This document shows positions 14,584 to 24,761 of a stretch of 64,000 bases of DNA, in pieces. A program made the translations under genes and the position numbers. The notes below the pieces were generated by a model that saw only the letters and a program-made list of their open reading frames with translations, had not been told where the DNA came from and ran no database searches. This stretch comes from Nitrosopumilus sp. (GTDB taxonomy: Archaea > Thermoproteota > Nitrososphaeria > Nitrososphaerales > Nitrosopumilaceae). Numbering within the stretch: the first letter of the stretch is position 1; each line of letters starts with the position of its first letter. The DNA is taken from positions 704,001 through 768,000 of the forward strand of contig OZ242186.1 of assembly GCA_965205675.1 (NCBI GenBank). The letters are read 5' to 3'.

Positions 14584-15051
14584 CTAATCTTTAATGTATT
14601 TGGTATTTTCCTCTGATTCTTTAATTTTAATTATTACTGTATCTCCTAATCTGTTAAATATTCGCTGACGTTTTTCATTAGTCAATATTAATCCAATAAT
14701 CACATCTATGGGTAATAGAAATGATTTACCAAAACTACTGATTAAAATATTCTTTAAACTTGGATTTGAGTTATCAATATTCTTAATTTTCAAATTCAAA
14801 ATTTTTTTCCCTATGCTTTGCCCTGTTTTGTATTCTAAAATTGTCCAATATGCAAAAAATAAGATGCTAGTTGGAATGTATTGGATGTTTTCTCCAAAAA
14901 AGCCATCATCATTAAATTCATAATCTATAGTCCCAAAGGATAAAAAAATAATTGCTGTAGAAATTATAGAAATGATGATAAAATCAATTAACCATGCAAG
15001 AAATCTGTCTGTCCATTTAGCTAAAACTATGTTTGACTCTGATTCACTCAT
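14584..15051 (-). CDS. RDD family membrane protein
   Basis: RFLAWLID, GQSIGKKILNLKI and RQRIFNRLGDTVII motifs. Confidence 0.88.
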   Translation of the reverse strand: MSESESNIVLAKWTDRFLAWLIDFIIISIISTAIIFLSFGTIDYEFNDDGFFGENIQYIPTSILFFAYWTILEYKTGQSIGKKILNLKIKNIDNSNPSLKNILISSFGKSFLLPIDVIIGLILTNEKRQRIFNRLGDTVIIKIKESEENTKYIKD

Positions 15052-15322
15052 AAGTTGATCTATTGTATCGAATTAATAAAATGTGTTAATCTTTAGCTAA
15101 TGTCAATTGCGACCCAGTAACTTTATTCTAGGTTGTCTAAAGTTCTGCATGAACGCAAAATTTACAATATCTTGTGTTTCTTGTGATGATAAAATTCAAC
15201 CCCGAAAAGAGATCTCAAAAAATAAAGATGAAAGTTGGATTCACAAACATTGTGTTGAAGATTCTGAGGGCCTGCCTTAGAAATTAAATAGTCTGTTCTT
15301 TTCAATACTTTTAGAATTCTTT

Positions 15323-16156
15323 TTGACATCGATAAATCCTCTTGATCTATTTTTATGGACATTTCGTAGAAATGAAAAAGATGTGGTTAATCTCTATACC
15401 TCCCTTTCCCCTGTCATGCAATTAGCTACTGGCGGTACCATGCTAAACTTTGGTTTTTGGTCAAAAGATCACTCTGATCCAATTTCTGCTCAAAATAATT
15501 TGTGTACAGTTTTTGCTGATATGGCAGAGTTGTCTTCTGCAAAATATGTAGTTGATGTTGGTAGTGGGTTATCTGCACCATCAAAATTCTGGCGTGATTC
15601 ATATCCTCACATTCAACTGTATGACGTTAATGTTAATTTTAAGCAACTAGTTTATTCTATACCTGAAAAAAACATTGAATTTCTAAATTGTACTTCTACA
15701 AAATTGCCTTTCTCTGATAATTCTGTAGATCGTGTTTTGGCATTAGAATCTGCACAGCATTTTAAACCTCTATCTGATTTTATTTCTGAATCCAAAAGAA
15801 TTTTAAAAAAATCTGGGTTGTTTGTTTTGGCAGTTCCTGTAACTGTAGATAATCCATCCTTTAGCAAATTGGGTCTTTTAAAATTTACATGGTCTTCTGA
15901 ACATTACGCTATTGACTATCTTAGAGAATTGATTGCATCTTATGGATTTTCTATTATGGATGAAAAATTAATTGGTTCTAATGTTTATGAACCTCTATCT
16001 GATTATTATCTAAAAAATAGAGAACAATTACGAGCGTCTATTTTGAAAAATTATCCATCATATGTGGAAAAAATACTATTCAAATCTTTGAAAAAAATGA
16101 AAAAAGCATCTGAAGAAAAAATTATTGATTATGTTTTATTGAAATATCATTTATGA
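15323..16156 (+). CDS. Class I SAM-dependent methyltransferase (sterol/tocopherol methyltransferase-like)
   Basis: MLNFGFW, VVDVGSGL, LPFSDNSVDRVLALESAQHF and RILKKSG motifs. Confidence 0.85.
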   Translation: MTSINPLDLFLWTFRRNEKDVVNLYTSLSPVMQLATGGTMLNFGFWSKDHSDPISAQNNLCTVFADMAELSSAKYVVDVGSGLSAPSKFWRDSYPHIQLYDVNVNFKQLVYSIPEKNIEFLNCTSTKLPFSDNSVDRVLALESAQHFKPLSDFISESKRILKKSGLFVLAVPVTVDNPSFSKLGLLKFTWSSEHYAIDYLRELIASYGFSIMDEKLIGSNVYEPLSDYYLKNREQLRASILKNYPSYVEKILFKSLKKMKKASEEKIIDYVLLKYHL

Positions 16157-16787
16157 TTAAATTCTGATTATATCTGTGGAAATTAAACTCTTAATGGTTT
16201 GCAAATATTTTGATTTTCAAATCTTTTTCTCTAGTATCCGACTAGTTGCAATTTTTCACCATTCTGGTATTTCTATTTCATGTATGCTCATATCATACTC
16301 TGTATCAAAAAAGCCTGCGTCTGTGATTTTAGTTTCTTTTTCTATTCTCAAAACTTTTTGTTTCATGAAACCAAAACTAAATTTCTTTCTTCATGAATAC
16401 CATCTCATGTTATATGATTGTAGGGCATTACCTATCTTGAGATTTGGATAGTCTGCATGCCTGTTGTGTTGATGTACCTGTCCCCAAAAGTTGATATTCT
16501 TTATAAAAAAACTCACAAAGTTTTAAAATATCCTTTGTTGTGTTTATTTCAAAATCTGGAAATGATGTGTATGTGAATTTTCAGTGAGAACACTTACAAT
16601 TGCTAATATCGTCATTGATTGTTAAAACCAATGATCTTAATAATACCCTGTCAAGTTTTTGCTTCTAGTTCCATGTAAAAATCTCTTACACTTGTGGTGA
16701 TAATATGACATTATTATTCTGAATTTGATTCCATCTTTTTTTGACTATTGACTAGGTTTTTATTTTTGATGTATGCTATGAATTGTA

Positions 16788-17168
16788 ATGTCAAGTGGTG
16801 CAGGTCTTGAATTATATGATAAAAAATGTGATCAATTACTTGCCGAATCAGAGATTCGATTTGCTGGTATTGTTGATAAAGATGGTCAATTGATTGCTGG
16901 TGGATTCAAAAAAGGCCTAATTCCTCATGAAGGTGATGAGACTAGATTACAATCTTTTCTAGAATTTGTTTCAAAAGCCTCTATCAGAAAAGAATATGAT
17001 GAGAGCTTGGGGCCGATTAATTATCTTGCTGCTAGGAGAGATAAGGCAGTTTTAGTAAGTTTCCCATTTCCTATAACTCAAATTTTACTGTTAATTTCAG
17101 CTGAGCCTTCTGCCAACATCGAAAATTTGGCTAAAAAGGTTGTAGAAATTTTCACTGATGTGAATTGA
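16788..17168 (+). CDS. Thaumarchaeal roadblock-like (DUF6659-type) protein
   Basis: EIRFAGIVDKDGQLIAGG...RKEYDESLGPINY pattern; paralog at 22899. Confidence 0.7.
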   Translation: MSSGAGLELYDKKCDQLLAESEIRFAGIVDKDGQLIAGGFKKGLIPHEGDETRLQSFLEFVSKASIRKEYDESLGPINYLAARRDKAVLVSFPFPITQILLLISAEPSANIENLAKKVVEIFTDVN

Positions 17169-17223
17169 TATACTTGACTAATAGAACGAATTCTTTAATT
17201 ATCCTAAGCGTTAATTTTTAAAA

Positions 17224-18312
17224 ATGACTCGTATAATTTTTGTATTTTTTCTATTTTTGTTGATTCCTGGCAGTTTTGTATCTGCGTTTGGAATGGTAAA
17301 TGATCTTTCTACTAACAAATCATTTTATTATGACGGCGATCAATTAATTGTCTCTGGAGATGTTTCTTATGATCCTTCAATTCCTTTTGTAACTGTACAA
17401 ATTTTTACTCCTGGAAAATCAAATTTTGCTGATTTTGATACAGTTCCTGCAAATGCTGATGGTAGTTTCTCAGCTGCCTTTAATGTTGGAGGTCCTACTT
17501 GGTCTTCTTATGGGATCTATCCAATAAAAATAACATATGGTGGAAATAAAGAAATATCTATCGAGTATAGAGAATCTCTAGAAATTCCCTCTTCTGAAAC
17601 CTCTACGCCTCAAACCTCTACGCCTCAAACCTCTACGCCTCAAACCTCTACGCCTCAAACCTCTACGCCTCAAACCTCTACGCCTCAAACCTCAATTCCT
17701 GAAAATGTCTCAGAACCACTTCCTTTAGAACCTGTTTCCACGTTCAGTATGCTGAAACTACAAGTTCCAAATTTTCCTGCTCTTGATAAATCTCCCCAAT
17801 ACTATATTGATAGATACAATGGTGAATCAAGTTACAAGTCTTGGTTTGATTCACAATTTCCCAATTATTCTATTAATGATGTTGTAGGTTACAAATCAAC
17901 CCAAGTTCCAAATTTTCCTGCTCTTGATAAATCTCCCCAATACTATATTGATAGATACAATGGTGAATCAAGTTACAAGTCTTGGTTTGATTCACAATTC
18001 CCAAACTCTTCAATTTACAATGTTTTGGGATATGCTGACCCTATTTCTGTGCCTGATTGGATTCGTAATAATGCTGAATGGTGGGCAATTGGAGAAATTG
18101 ATGATTCTACATTTGTATCTGGAATTGAATTTATGTTGGAAAATGACATCATTATGGTCTCATCTGTTTCATCTGGAAATTCCTCTGATGAAGAAATACC
18201 TGCATGGATTCGTAATAATGCTCATTGGTGGTCACAAGATTTAATTTCTGAAAATGAGTTTATCTCTTCTCTGGAATATCTTATCCGTGAAGGTATTATC
18301 ACCATAAATTAA
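17224..18312 (+). CDS. Secreted/surface protein with TSTPQ linker repeats and C-terminal IP-W-RNNA-WW thaumarchaeal domains
   Basis: Signal peptide, S/T/P-rich linker, two VPDWIRNNAEWW / IPAWIRNNAHWW units. Confidence 0.8.
   Translation: MTRIIFVFFLFLLIPGSFVSAFGMVNDLSTNKSFYYDGDQLIVSGDVSYDPSIPFVTVQIFTPGKSNFADFDTVPANADGSFSAAFNVGGPTWSSYGIYPIKITYGGNKEISIEYRESLEIPSSETSTPQTSTPQTSTPQTSTPQTSTPQTSTPQTSIPENVSEPLPLEPVSTFSMLKLQVPNFPALDKSPQYYIDRYNGESSYKSWFDSQFPNYSINDVVGYKSTQVPNFPALDKSPQYYIDRYNGESSYKSWFDSQFPNSSIYNVLGYADPISVPDWIRNNAEWWAIGEIDDSTFVSGIEFMLENDIIMVSSVSSGNSSDEEIPAWIRNNAHWWSQDLISENEFISSLEYLIREGIITIN
17597..17693 (+). repeat. 15-bp tandem repeat AAACCTCTACGCCTC x6 (TSTPQ)
   Basis: Read directly from sequence. 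Confidence 0.95.
17761..17999 (+). repeat. 98-bp perfect internal duplication (141-bp period) in the surface protein gene
   Basis: 17761-17858 is identical to 17902-17999. Confidence 0.9.
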
Positions 18313-18360
18313 ATTCTAATTTTACATAGTTTTAATCTAGTGTGTTTGTTGTGTATTGTA

Positions 18361-18816
18361 TTGAAAGCAACATTTGGTGCAGGATGTTTTTGGCATGTTG
18401 AGGACTTGCTCAATAAAACAAAGGGTGTAAAATCAACTGCGGTAGGATACATTGGAGGACAACTTTCTAATCCTACATATGAAGAAGTTTGCACTGACAA
18501 AACCGGACATGCAGAAGCTGTAGAAGTTGATTATGATCCTGACGAGATCTCTTTTGAAGAATTGTTGAATGTATTTTGGTCTAACCACAATCCTACCACA
18601 CTTAACCGCCAAGGCCCTGATGTTGGTATCCAATATCGCTCTGCAATTTTTTATCATAATGAAAAACAAAAAGAAACTGCTGAAAATTCAAAACAATCTC
18701 TAGAAAAATCTGGAAAATATGATGATCCCATCGTAACTGAAATTCTCCCTGCTCCGACATTTTACAAAGCAGAAGAATACCATCAAAAATATTTCAAAAA
18801 ACACGGACTCTCTTAG
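18361..18816 (+). CDS. msrA: Peptide-methionine (S)-S-oxide reductase
   Basis: [28 protein letters not shown] and AEEYHQKY motifs. Confidence 0.95.
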   Translation: MKATFGAGCFWHVEDLLNKTKGVKSTAVGYIGGQLSNPTYEEVCTDKTGHAEAVEVDYDPDEISFEELLNVFWSNHNPTTLNRQGPDVGIQYRSAIFYHNEKQKETAENSKQSLEKSGKYDDPIVTEILPAPTFYKAEEYHQKYFKKHGLS

Positions 18817-18817
18817 A

Positions 18818-19249
18818 TTATTTTACTACTAGTACTGGAATCTTTGATGTGTGGATTACATAGTTTGAGACACTTCCAAAGAACATCTCTTTGGTGGAAC
18901 TTCTTCCTCTTGAACCAATCACGATCAAATCAAATTTGTTTTTTCCTTGTGCTGCTTTGACAATGTTGTATCCTATTTCTCCTCTGGCTATTTTTTCTTT
19001 AAATCCTATTCCATTTTTAGATGCTAGTATTTTTGCTTCATTCATGAATTTTTTGACCTGTGTGTTTAGGGCTTTTTCCACTGATCCTATGCCTCTAAAT
19101 TCTGAATGTGGTGGGGCATAAATTGCATAAAATCCTGTAATTGTGGCTCCGCAACTTTTAGCTAATGTGATTGCAGTTTCTAGACCTCTGATCGAATTCT
19201 TAGATCCGTCTAACGGAACTAGTATTTTTGAAATTTTCTTTTTTATCAC
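18818..19249 (-). CDS. Universal stress protein
   Basis: KILVPLDGS and DLIVIGSRG..FFGSVSNYVIH motifs. Confidence 0.92.
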   Translation of the reverse strand: MIKKKISKILVPLDGSKNSIRGLETAITLAKSCGATITGFYAIYAPPHSEFRGIGSVEKALNTQVKKFMNEAKILASKNGIGFKEKIARGEIGYNIVKAAQGKNKFDLIVIGSRGRSSTKEMFFGSVSNYVIHTSKIPVLVVK

Positions 19250-19381
19250 AATGATTACTTATTTTTGATATTAAAAAACATACTTGCTATCTTCAAATTA
19301 TTGAAAATCGTTTTGATCTGGATATTTTTGATCGCAGGATTCACCAAAACTTATCTAGTAATAATAATTGTTGCTAAAACA

Positions 19382-20173
19382 GTGGAAGAAAAATTTCTAG
19401 AAATCGATGGACATAAAATTCGATATCTAAAATCTGGTAATTCTAAAAATATTCTTGTATTAATTCATGGTTTGGGCGCATCTGCTGAAAGGTGGAATCC
19501 CGTAATTCCTTTATTTGCAGAACATTTTTCTGTTATTGTTCCTGATTTAATTGGATTTGGATACAGTGATAAACCTACAGTAGATTATACTCCTGATTTC
19601 TTTTCTGAATTCCTTGAAAAGTTTTTTTCTGCTACAAATATTGTAAGACCTAGTATTATTGGTTCTTCTTTGGGTGGACAAATTTCTGCAGAATATGCTG
19701 CATCTAATTCTGATGATATTGAAAAATTAATTCTTGTATCTCCTGCCGGAATAATGAAAAAATCTACTCCTGCACTTGATGCATATATTATGGCTGCATT
19801 ATATCCAAATACTCTAAATGCCAGAAATGCATTTGAAATGATGGATGGTTCTGGAAAAGACATCGAAGAAAATATTGTAAATGGATTTGTGCAAAGAATG
19901 CGATTACCAAATGCCAAACTCGCATTCATGTCAACTATTTTGGGACTAAAGAATTCTGTTTCTATTACATCCAAACTCCAATCTATTGTTGTGCCTACTT
20001 TGATTATTTGGGGTGCAAAAGATCTTGTAATTCCAATTAACTATGCTGATGATTTTGTTTCTTCAATACCTGATTGTAGCTTTTTTAAAATGAATGAATG
20101 CAGTCATACTCCATATGTTCAAGACCCTCCAGCTTTTGCCTCTAAGGTTATAGAATTTCTCAGCAGTAATTAG
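19382..20173 (+). CDS. Alpha/beta-fold hydrolase
   Basis: LIHGLG oxyanion loop, PDLIGFGYS, GSSLGG nucleophile elbow, WGAKD and SHTP; start re-assigned to GTG 19382. Confidence 0.88.
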   Translation: MEEKFLEIDGHKIRYLKSGNSKNILVLIHGLGASAERWNPVIPLFAEHFSVIVPDLIGFGYSDKPTVDYTPDFFSEFLEKFFSATNIVRPSIIGSSLGGQISAEYAASNSDDIEKLILVSPAGIMKKSTPALDAYIMAALYPNTLNARNAFEMMDGSGKDIEENIVNGFVQRMRLPNAKLAFMSTILGLKNSVSITSKLQSIVVPTLIIWGAKDLVIPINYADDFVSSIPDCSFFKMNECSHTPYVQDPPAFASKVIEFLSSN

Positions 20174-20208
20174 ATCCATTTAAATATCAAATATTCACAC
20201 TGTTACCT

Positions 20209-20634
20209 ATGAGTGGTAATCAAAACCCATATGATCCATCCGAGATGTTTAAATCTTGGATTCAAAAAAGTGGACGTGCTCAGGCAGAATTTATGAAAAA
20301 TTTTGGCTCTCTGATGATAAACCAATCTGGTAAAACTTTCAATCCTTTGGAAACCTTGAAAGGTGTTTCTGATAGTGCACGAAAAACTCAATCTAATATG
20401 ATGGATAACATGTCTGCCATACAAAACAAAAGTATGGATGCTATGTTTAGCATCGGCCAAATGCTTCCTTCTTTTATGAATTGGGGTGCTTACAAAACTA
20501 CTATCAGCAGTAATGGAAGAATCTCTATTCCTGAAGCCGAACGTAATGCACTTGGTTTAGGAGATGGTGATTTAGTCCAAGTCATTATCTTGCCAATGGG
20601 AAAAAAATCTAAAACCAAGGAGGTGAAACAATGA
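20209..20634 (+). CDS. AbrB/MazE-like DNA-binding protein (PhaR-like regulator of the PHA cluster)
   Basis: C-terminal ISSNGRISIPEAERNALGLGDGDLVQV swapped-hairpin motif; upstream of the phasin, as in haloarchaeal phaRP. Confidence 0.8.
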   Translation: MSGNQNPYDPSEMFKSWIQKSGRAQAEFMKNFGSLMINQSGKTFNPLETLKGVSDSARKTQSNMMDNMSAIQNKSMDAMFSIGQMLPSFMNWGAYKTTISSNGRISIPEAERNALGLGDGDLVQVIILPMGKKSKTKEVKQ

Positions 20635-20779
20635 GTGAAAACAAAACAACAAGTAAGAACGAAACAAGTGATGAGTGAAAACAAAACAATGAGTGAAAAC
20701 AAAACAACAAGTAAGAACGAAACAATGAGTGAAAACAAAACAACGAGTGAAAACAAAACAACAAGTAAGAACGAAACAA
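20631..20779 (+). repeat. Mosaic 18-bp tandem repeats (ATGAGTGAAAACAAAACA / ACAAGTAAGAACGAAACA)
   Basis: Read directly from sequence; about 8 units. Confidence 0.9.
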
Positions 20780-21186
20780 CTAAGAACACAAAAGATGTAT
20801 TTTCTGTATGTCAAGCAAATGTTGATAAACTTTTCAACAGCATTAGACAATCTGTACCGCAATATCACCAATCAATTACTAACGTACAACAAGAATATCT
20901 ACAAGCATATGAAAATATTGTAGATTCAACTATTGCACTACAAAAAGAATATGTCCAGAAACTAGGTGTCGCCGCAAATATTCCTGAAGCAACATTAAAA
21001 GTAATCAATGATACTTCTGAAGAATTTGTAAAAGCATCATCTATACAAAATCAAATAACTCTTGCAACTATAGATGCAACACAACAAAATATCAAAACAT
21101 TCAACGATAATGCAAAATCTTTTGCTGACCTGAATAGAAATATTCTACAATCTTGGATTTTTGCATTAAGTGCTAAAACTAACTAG
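20671..21186 (+). CDS. phaP: Putative phasin (PHA granule-associated protein) with repeat-expanded N-terminus
   Basis: Amphipathic Q/N-rich helical protein between the AbrB regulator and phaC/phaE; N-terminal MSENKT/TSKNET repeats. Confidence 0.65.
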   Translation: MSENKTMSENKTTSKNETMSENKTTSENKTTSKNETTKNTKDVFSVCQANVDKLFNSIRQSVPQYHQSITNVQQEYLQAYENIVDSTIALQKEYVQKLGVAANIPEATLKVINDTSEEFVKASSIQNQITLATIDATQQNIKTFNDNAKSFADLNRNILQSWIFALSAKTN

Positions 21187-21212
21187 TAAAAAACTATTTT
21201 TTTTAATTTTTT

Positions 21213-22277
21213 TTATGATCTTTCAACTAGCCATTTCCCTAGCTCTGGCAAAACTTTTTTTTGTGATAATGAACTAGCTATCATTCCTACGTGTCCTGTA
21301 GGATACATTCTCAGGGTCTTGTCTTCACTTCCTATTGCATAATGCAACGGCATACTGCATTCTGGAGAAACTAAATGATCTCCTACTGCAATTTGTGTAA
21401 ATGTCGGCATATCTATTTTCTTTAAATCAATATGTTCTCCACCCACATGCATTTTATTTTGAATTAACAAGTTATCTTGATAGATGTCTTTAATCCATTG
21501 TTTGAATAGTTCTCCTGGGATTGGTGGAGTGTCTCCTAGCCATTTTTCTACTCTAAGGAAGCTATCTACAAATTTTTTATTATCAATATTTTTGAAAAAT
21601 TTCACATATTTTTCAATTCCTTGCTCAAATGGTTTTAGAACTGAGAAACAATAGTACATGAATTCTGGTGGCATATTTCCTATGGTGTCTACCATTTTAT
21701 CTACATCCATATGTTTGGCCAAATTACTAATTACAGTAGTGTCTCGCCATCCGTCAATTACTGGTGCAGTTGCAATGTAATTTTTCACACTCTCTGGATG
21801 CAATGCTGTGTATGCCGTTGCAATTGTCCCTCCTGTACAATATCCTTGCAATGTAATTTTTTCAACAGATGATTCATTTTTGATATATTCTACTGCAGAA
21901 TCTAAATACACGTTTACATAATCATCAAAATCCAAATATTTGTCCATGCTTGTTGGAGTTCCCCAATCTAACATGTATACATCAAATCCTTGTTGAAGTA
22001 GGTTTCTGACCCAACTTTTCTCTGGTTGAATATCTAGTATGTGATATCTATTAATCAATGCATATGAAATCAATAACGGTGTCCTGTGTTGTTTTCTTGT
22101 AAGTGGTTTGTAATGTAACAGTCTAGTTTTATCTAGTTCGTGAACTGTGTCGTGAGGTGTTACTTCTAAATTAATTTCATCTGGAGCTGATACTAATTTT
22201 GGAGCTTCAATAACGTTTTTACTAAATTTTAAAACTTCTTCAATTATTTTTGGATCTATTTTTGATTCACTGTTCAT
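21213..22277 (-). CDS. phaC: Class III poly(3-hydroxyalkanoate) synthase subunit PhaC
   Basis: PLLISYALINRYHILD, lipase box GYCTGG, DHLV and GHVG catalytic residues. Confidence 0.95.
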   Translation of the reverse strand: MNSESKIDPKIIEEVLKFSKNVIEAPKLVSAPDEINLEVTPHDTVHELDKTRLLHYKPLTRKQHRTPLLISYALINRYHILDIQPEKSWVRNLLQQGFDVYMLDWGTPTSMDKYLDFDDYVNVYLDSAVEYIKNESSVEKITLQGYCTGGTIATAYTALHPESVKNYIATAPVIDGWRDTTVISNLAKHMDVDKMVDTIGNMPPEFMYYCFSVLKPFEQGIEKYVKFFKNIDNKKFVDSFLRVEKWLGDTPPIPGELFKQWIKDIYQDNLLIQNKMHVGGEHIDLKKIDMPTFTQIAVGDHLVSPECSMPLHYAIGSEDKTLRMYPTGHVGMIASSLSQKKVLPELGKWLVERS

Positions 22278-22845
22278 TTTTAGACTTTCCTTTTTTCTTT
22301 GATTCTAATTCTAATTTACTCATTCTTTTTTTAAGCGAATGTATCTCCTTGTAAACTTCATCAATTTCTTCTTTACTTGGAAGATTAACTGATTGTAATA
22401 CTATGTTTGTAATGTTATTCCAGTGTTTGGTTAATTCTAATTCTTTTGAGACCAGTTTCCCGTAATTCTCTCCGAATTTTTTAGAGTCAAATAATTCTGT
22501 AAAATCATTATCAAAAATATCTATCCATATTCTTTTGAATGCTTCAATTTGCTCTACATCTTGTGGTATATCAGGAGCTTTCAGATTTACTTTCTTTTGA
22601 GCAGTTTCCCATGCGTTTGTCAATTGTTTATAATATTCTGTAAGATGCTTGTTGAATCCCATCAAATCTTCATTAATTTCTATTAGTTCTGTAGTGACTT
22701 TTTTTGAATTTGCTGCAAATGCCCTCATTGGACCTATTGATGCTAGTGCTTGTGGTTTACTTGACATTAGATGTATGATGTCTGTCCAAAATAATGACAA
22801 ATGCTTGTAATAGTCGGTAATGTCTTTTGAGGAATCTGTTTGCAC
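22267..22845 (-). CDS. phaE: PHA synthase subunit PhaE
   Basis: NLPSKEEIDEVYKEIHSLKKR PhaE box; overlaps the phaC start. Confidence 0.9.
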   Translation of the reverse strand: MQTDSSKDITDYYKHLSLFWTDIIHLMSSKPQALASIGPMRAFAANSKKVTTELIEINEDLMGFNKHLTEYYKQLTNAWETAQKKVNLKAPDIPQDVEQIEAFKRIWIDIFDNDFTELFDSKKFGENYGKLVSKELELTKHWNNITNIVLQSVNLPSKEEIDEVYKEIHSLKKRMSKLELESKKKGKSKNEQ

Positions 22846-22898
22846 AGATATCTATTATTACAGATCGCAATAAATAGTTCTATTACTACATTAGACTG

Positions 22899-23291
22899 AT
22901 GGAAAATCTTGAAGATCTTGAAAGAATCTGTCAGACTATTATCAAATTAGACCCTAAGATGCGCTCTGCTCGACTAATCAATAGTCGGGGCCATCTCACT
23001 GCTGGTGGCATGAAGGAAGGATTGCTCTCACTTGAAGATCAAAAACAAGATGAAATGATGTTCATGGAACTTGCATTACGAGTTAGAATGAGACATGAAT
23101 TTGATGCTGAATTTGGAGAAGTGCATTTTTCAATGTCTTATCGTGATAAAGTCATAGTAATGAGTTTTCCATTAAACAATGATGATGTATTGCTATTATC
23201 TTGTGAAAAAGATATTGATTTTGGAAAACTGCCTTTCAAAGTTTTAGAAATTATCTACACTCTCAAAAAATCCCCCCTCAAAACTTTCTAG
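22899..23291 (+). CDS. Thaumarchaeal roadblock-like (DUF6659-type) protein
   Basis: MRSARLINSRGHLTAGG...RMRHEFDAEFGEV pattern. Confidence 0.7.
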   Translation: MENLEDLERICQTIIKLDPKMRSARLINSRGHLTAGGMKEGLLSLEDQKQDEMMFMELALRVRMRHEFDAEFGEVHFSMSYRDKVIVMSFPLNNDDVLLLSCEKDIDFGKLPFKVLEIIYTLKKSPLKTF

Positions 23292-23728
23292 TCACAACAA
23301 CTTGATTCTTTTTTTTAATTCTTAATCCTGTATGAAGAACAGTATGTTAATTGGAGCCAAATTGATTCTAGTAAATGTACTTTTAGATATTCTTTTAAAA
23401 TACAATTAAAAATTTTCAATTATTACTATGTCAAGTAGAGGTGGATTAATTTCTTTTTGATTCTTGGCAGTTCGTTTAGGCGTTGAAATAATTTTTATTG
23501 ATAAAAAAATAATTTTCTCTGATTCTTTATTTGTTGATAATATTTATGACTCTGGTAAAAATTCTGAAAAAACCATTTCCAAAGTCGATGATCTTTTAAA
23601 ATTACTCTATATTTGCAAGATGTGGGAAAGAATATTCTTTACAGTTAATTTATGATAAACAGAGCATTAATGATGGATATGTTGTTTCTTCTTGGAATAA
23701 ATTTGCAATCTCTGAAAAGTATATCTGT

Positions 23729-24643
23729 TTATTCTTCTTTTAGCATTTGTTTTAATCCTGCACATCTATTTCTGATAGTTACTTCGGTAACTCCTGATGC
23801 AATTGAAATATCTTTTTGAGATTTGGTTTCCCCTGTACTAATACATGCAAGGTATAGTGCAGCAGCAGCGATTCCCATAGGATCTTTTCCTGCAGCCATC
23901 CCTTTCTCTTTTGCTTGATTTAGAATCGTGATTGCTTTGCGTTTGCTTTTTTCACTTAGCTCTGCAACACTTGCAATTCTAGATATTCCTTTTACTGGAT
24001 CAACTACTGGCATTTTTAACTCAAGCTCTCTGAAAATTAATCTATAACATCTTGCAACATCTTTCCTTCTGATGTTTATTCCCTTTGCAATATCGTCCAA
24101 AGTTCTTGGTGTCTCTGTATTTCTACATGATGCATAAAGACATGCTGCCACTAATCCTTGAATTGAACGACCTCTGACTAGTTTTTTCTCCATGGCCTTT
24201 CTGTAAATGTAAGCTGCTTTTTCGATTACTGCATCAGTTAAAGCCAATTTGTCTTTTAGTTTATCCATCTCGTTTAGTGCTTGTCTCAAATTCCTATCTG
24301 CAGAAGAATGCGCTTGACTTCTACTATCCCATGTTCTTAGTCTTTCAATAGAACTTTTTACACTTGCAGCCAATGGTTTTCCTGTGGCATCTTTGTTTGC
24401 AGCACCAATGACTGTTGATAATCCCATATCGTGCATGGTCAAAGATGTACCTGCACCGGTTCGAGCTTTGGTTCCTTCATCATTTGAAAAAGAACGCCAT
24501 TCGGCACCTGTATCTGCAATTTTGTCTGTAACTACTAATCCACATTTACTGCAGAATAATTCCCCTGTATTTTGATCTGTAACCATTTTCTTGTCTCCAC
24601 AAGATGGACATTTTGGACCGTTCATCATTGGATTTTTAAGCAT
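23729..24643 (-). CDS. tfb: Transcription initiation factor IIB
   Basis: CPSC..CSKC zinc ribbon, GAEWRSF, and two cyclin repeats ending GVTEVTIRNR. Confidence 0.97.
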   Translation of the reverse strand: MLKNPMMNGPKCPSCGDKKMVTDQNTGELFCSKCGLVVTDKIADTGAEWRSFSNDEGTKARTGAGTSLTMHDMGLSTVIGAANKDATGKPLAASVKSSIERLRTWDSRSQAHSSADRNLRQALNEMDKLKDKLALTDAVIEKAAYIYRKAMEKKLVRGRSIQGLVAACLYASCRNTETPRTLDDIAKGINIRRKDVARCYRLIFRELELKMPVVDPVKGISRIASVAELSEKSKRKAITILNQAKEKGMAAGKDPMGIAAAALYLACISTGETKSQKDISIASGVTEVTIRNRCAGLKQMLKEE

Positions 24644-24761
24644 ACTATTTGATTATGATCAAGTGCCTTATTATTCATTTTACCAAATATCTGCAGGTTA
24701 GTTGTATGTAGGTTAAGCTAACCTTTATTCTATTTTTCTAGAATGTCTTAATTTTCTAAAT

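Noticed and set aside
16176-16451. 91-aa plus-strand ORF
   Set aside because: No recognisable motif; the region looks like a stop-riddled relic on the opposite strand that I cannot assign.
20490-20923. Hydrophobic or Cys-rich repetitive ORFs opposite or overlapping the phasin
   Set aside because: Shadow frames of the 18-bp repeat tract.
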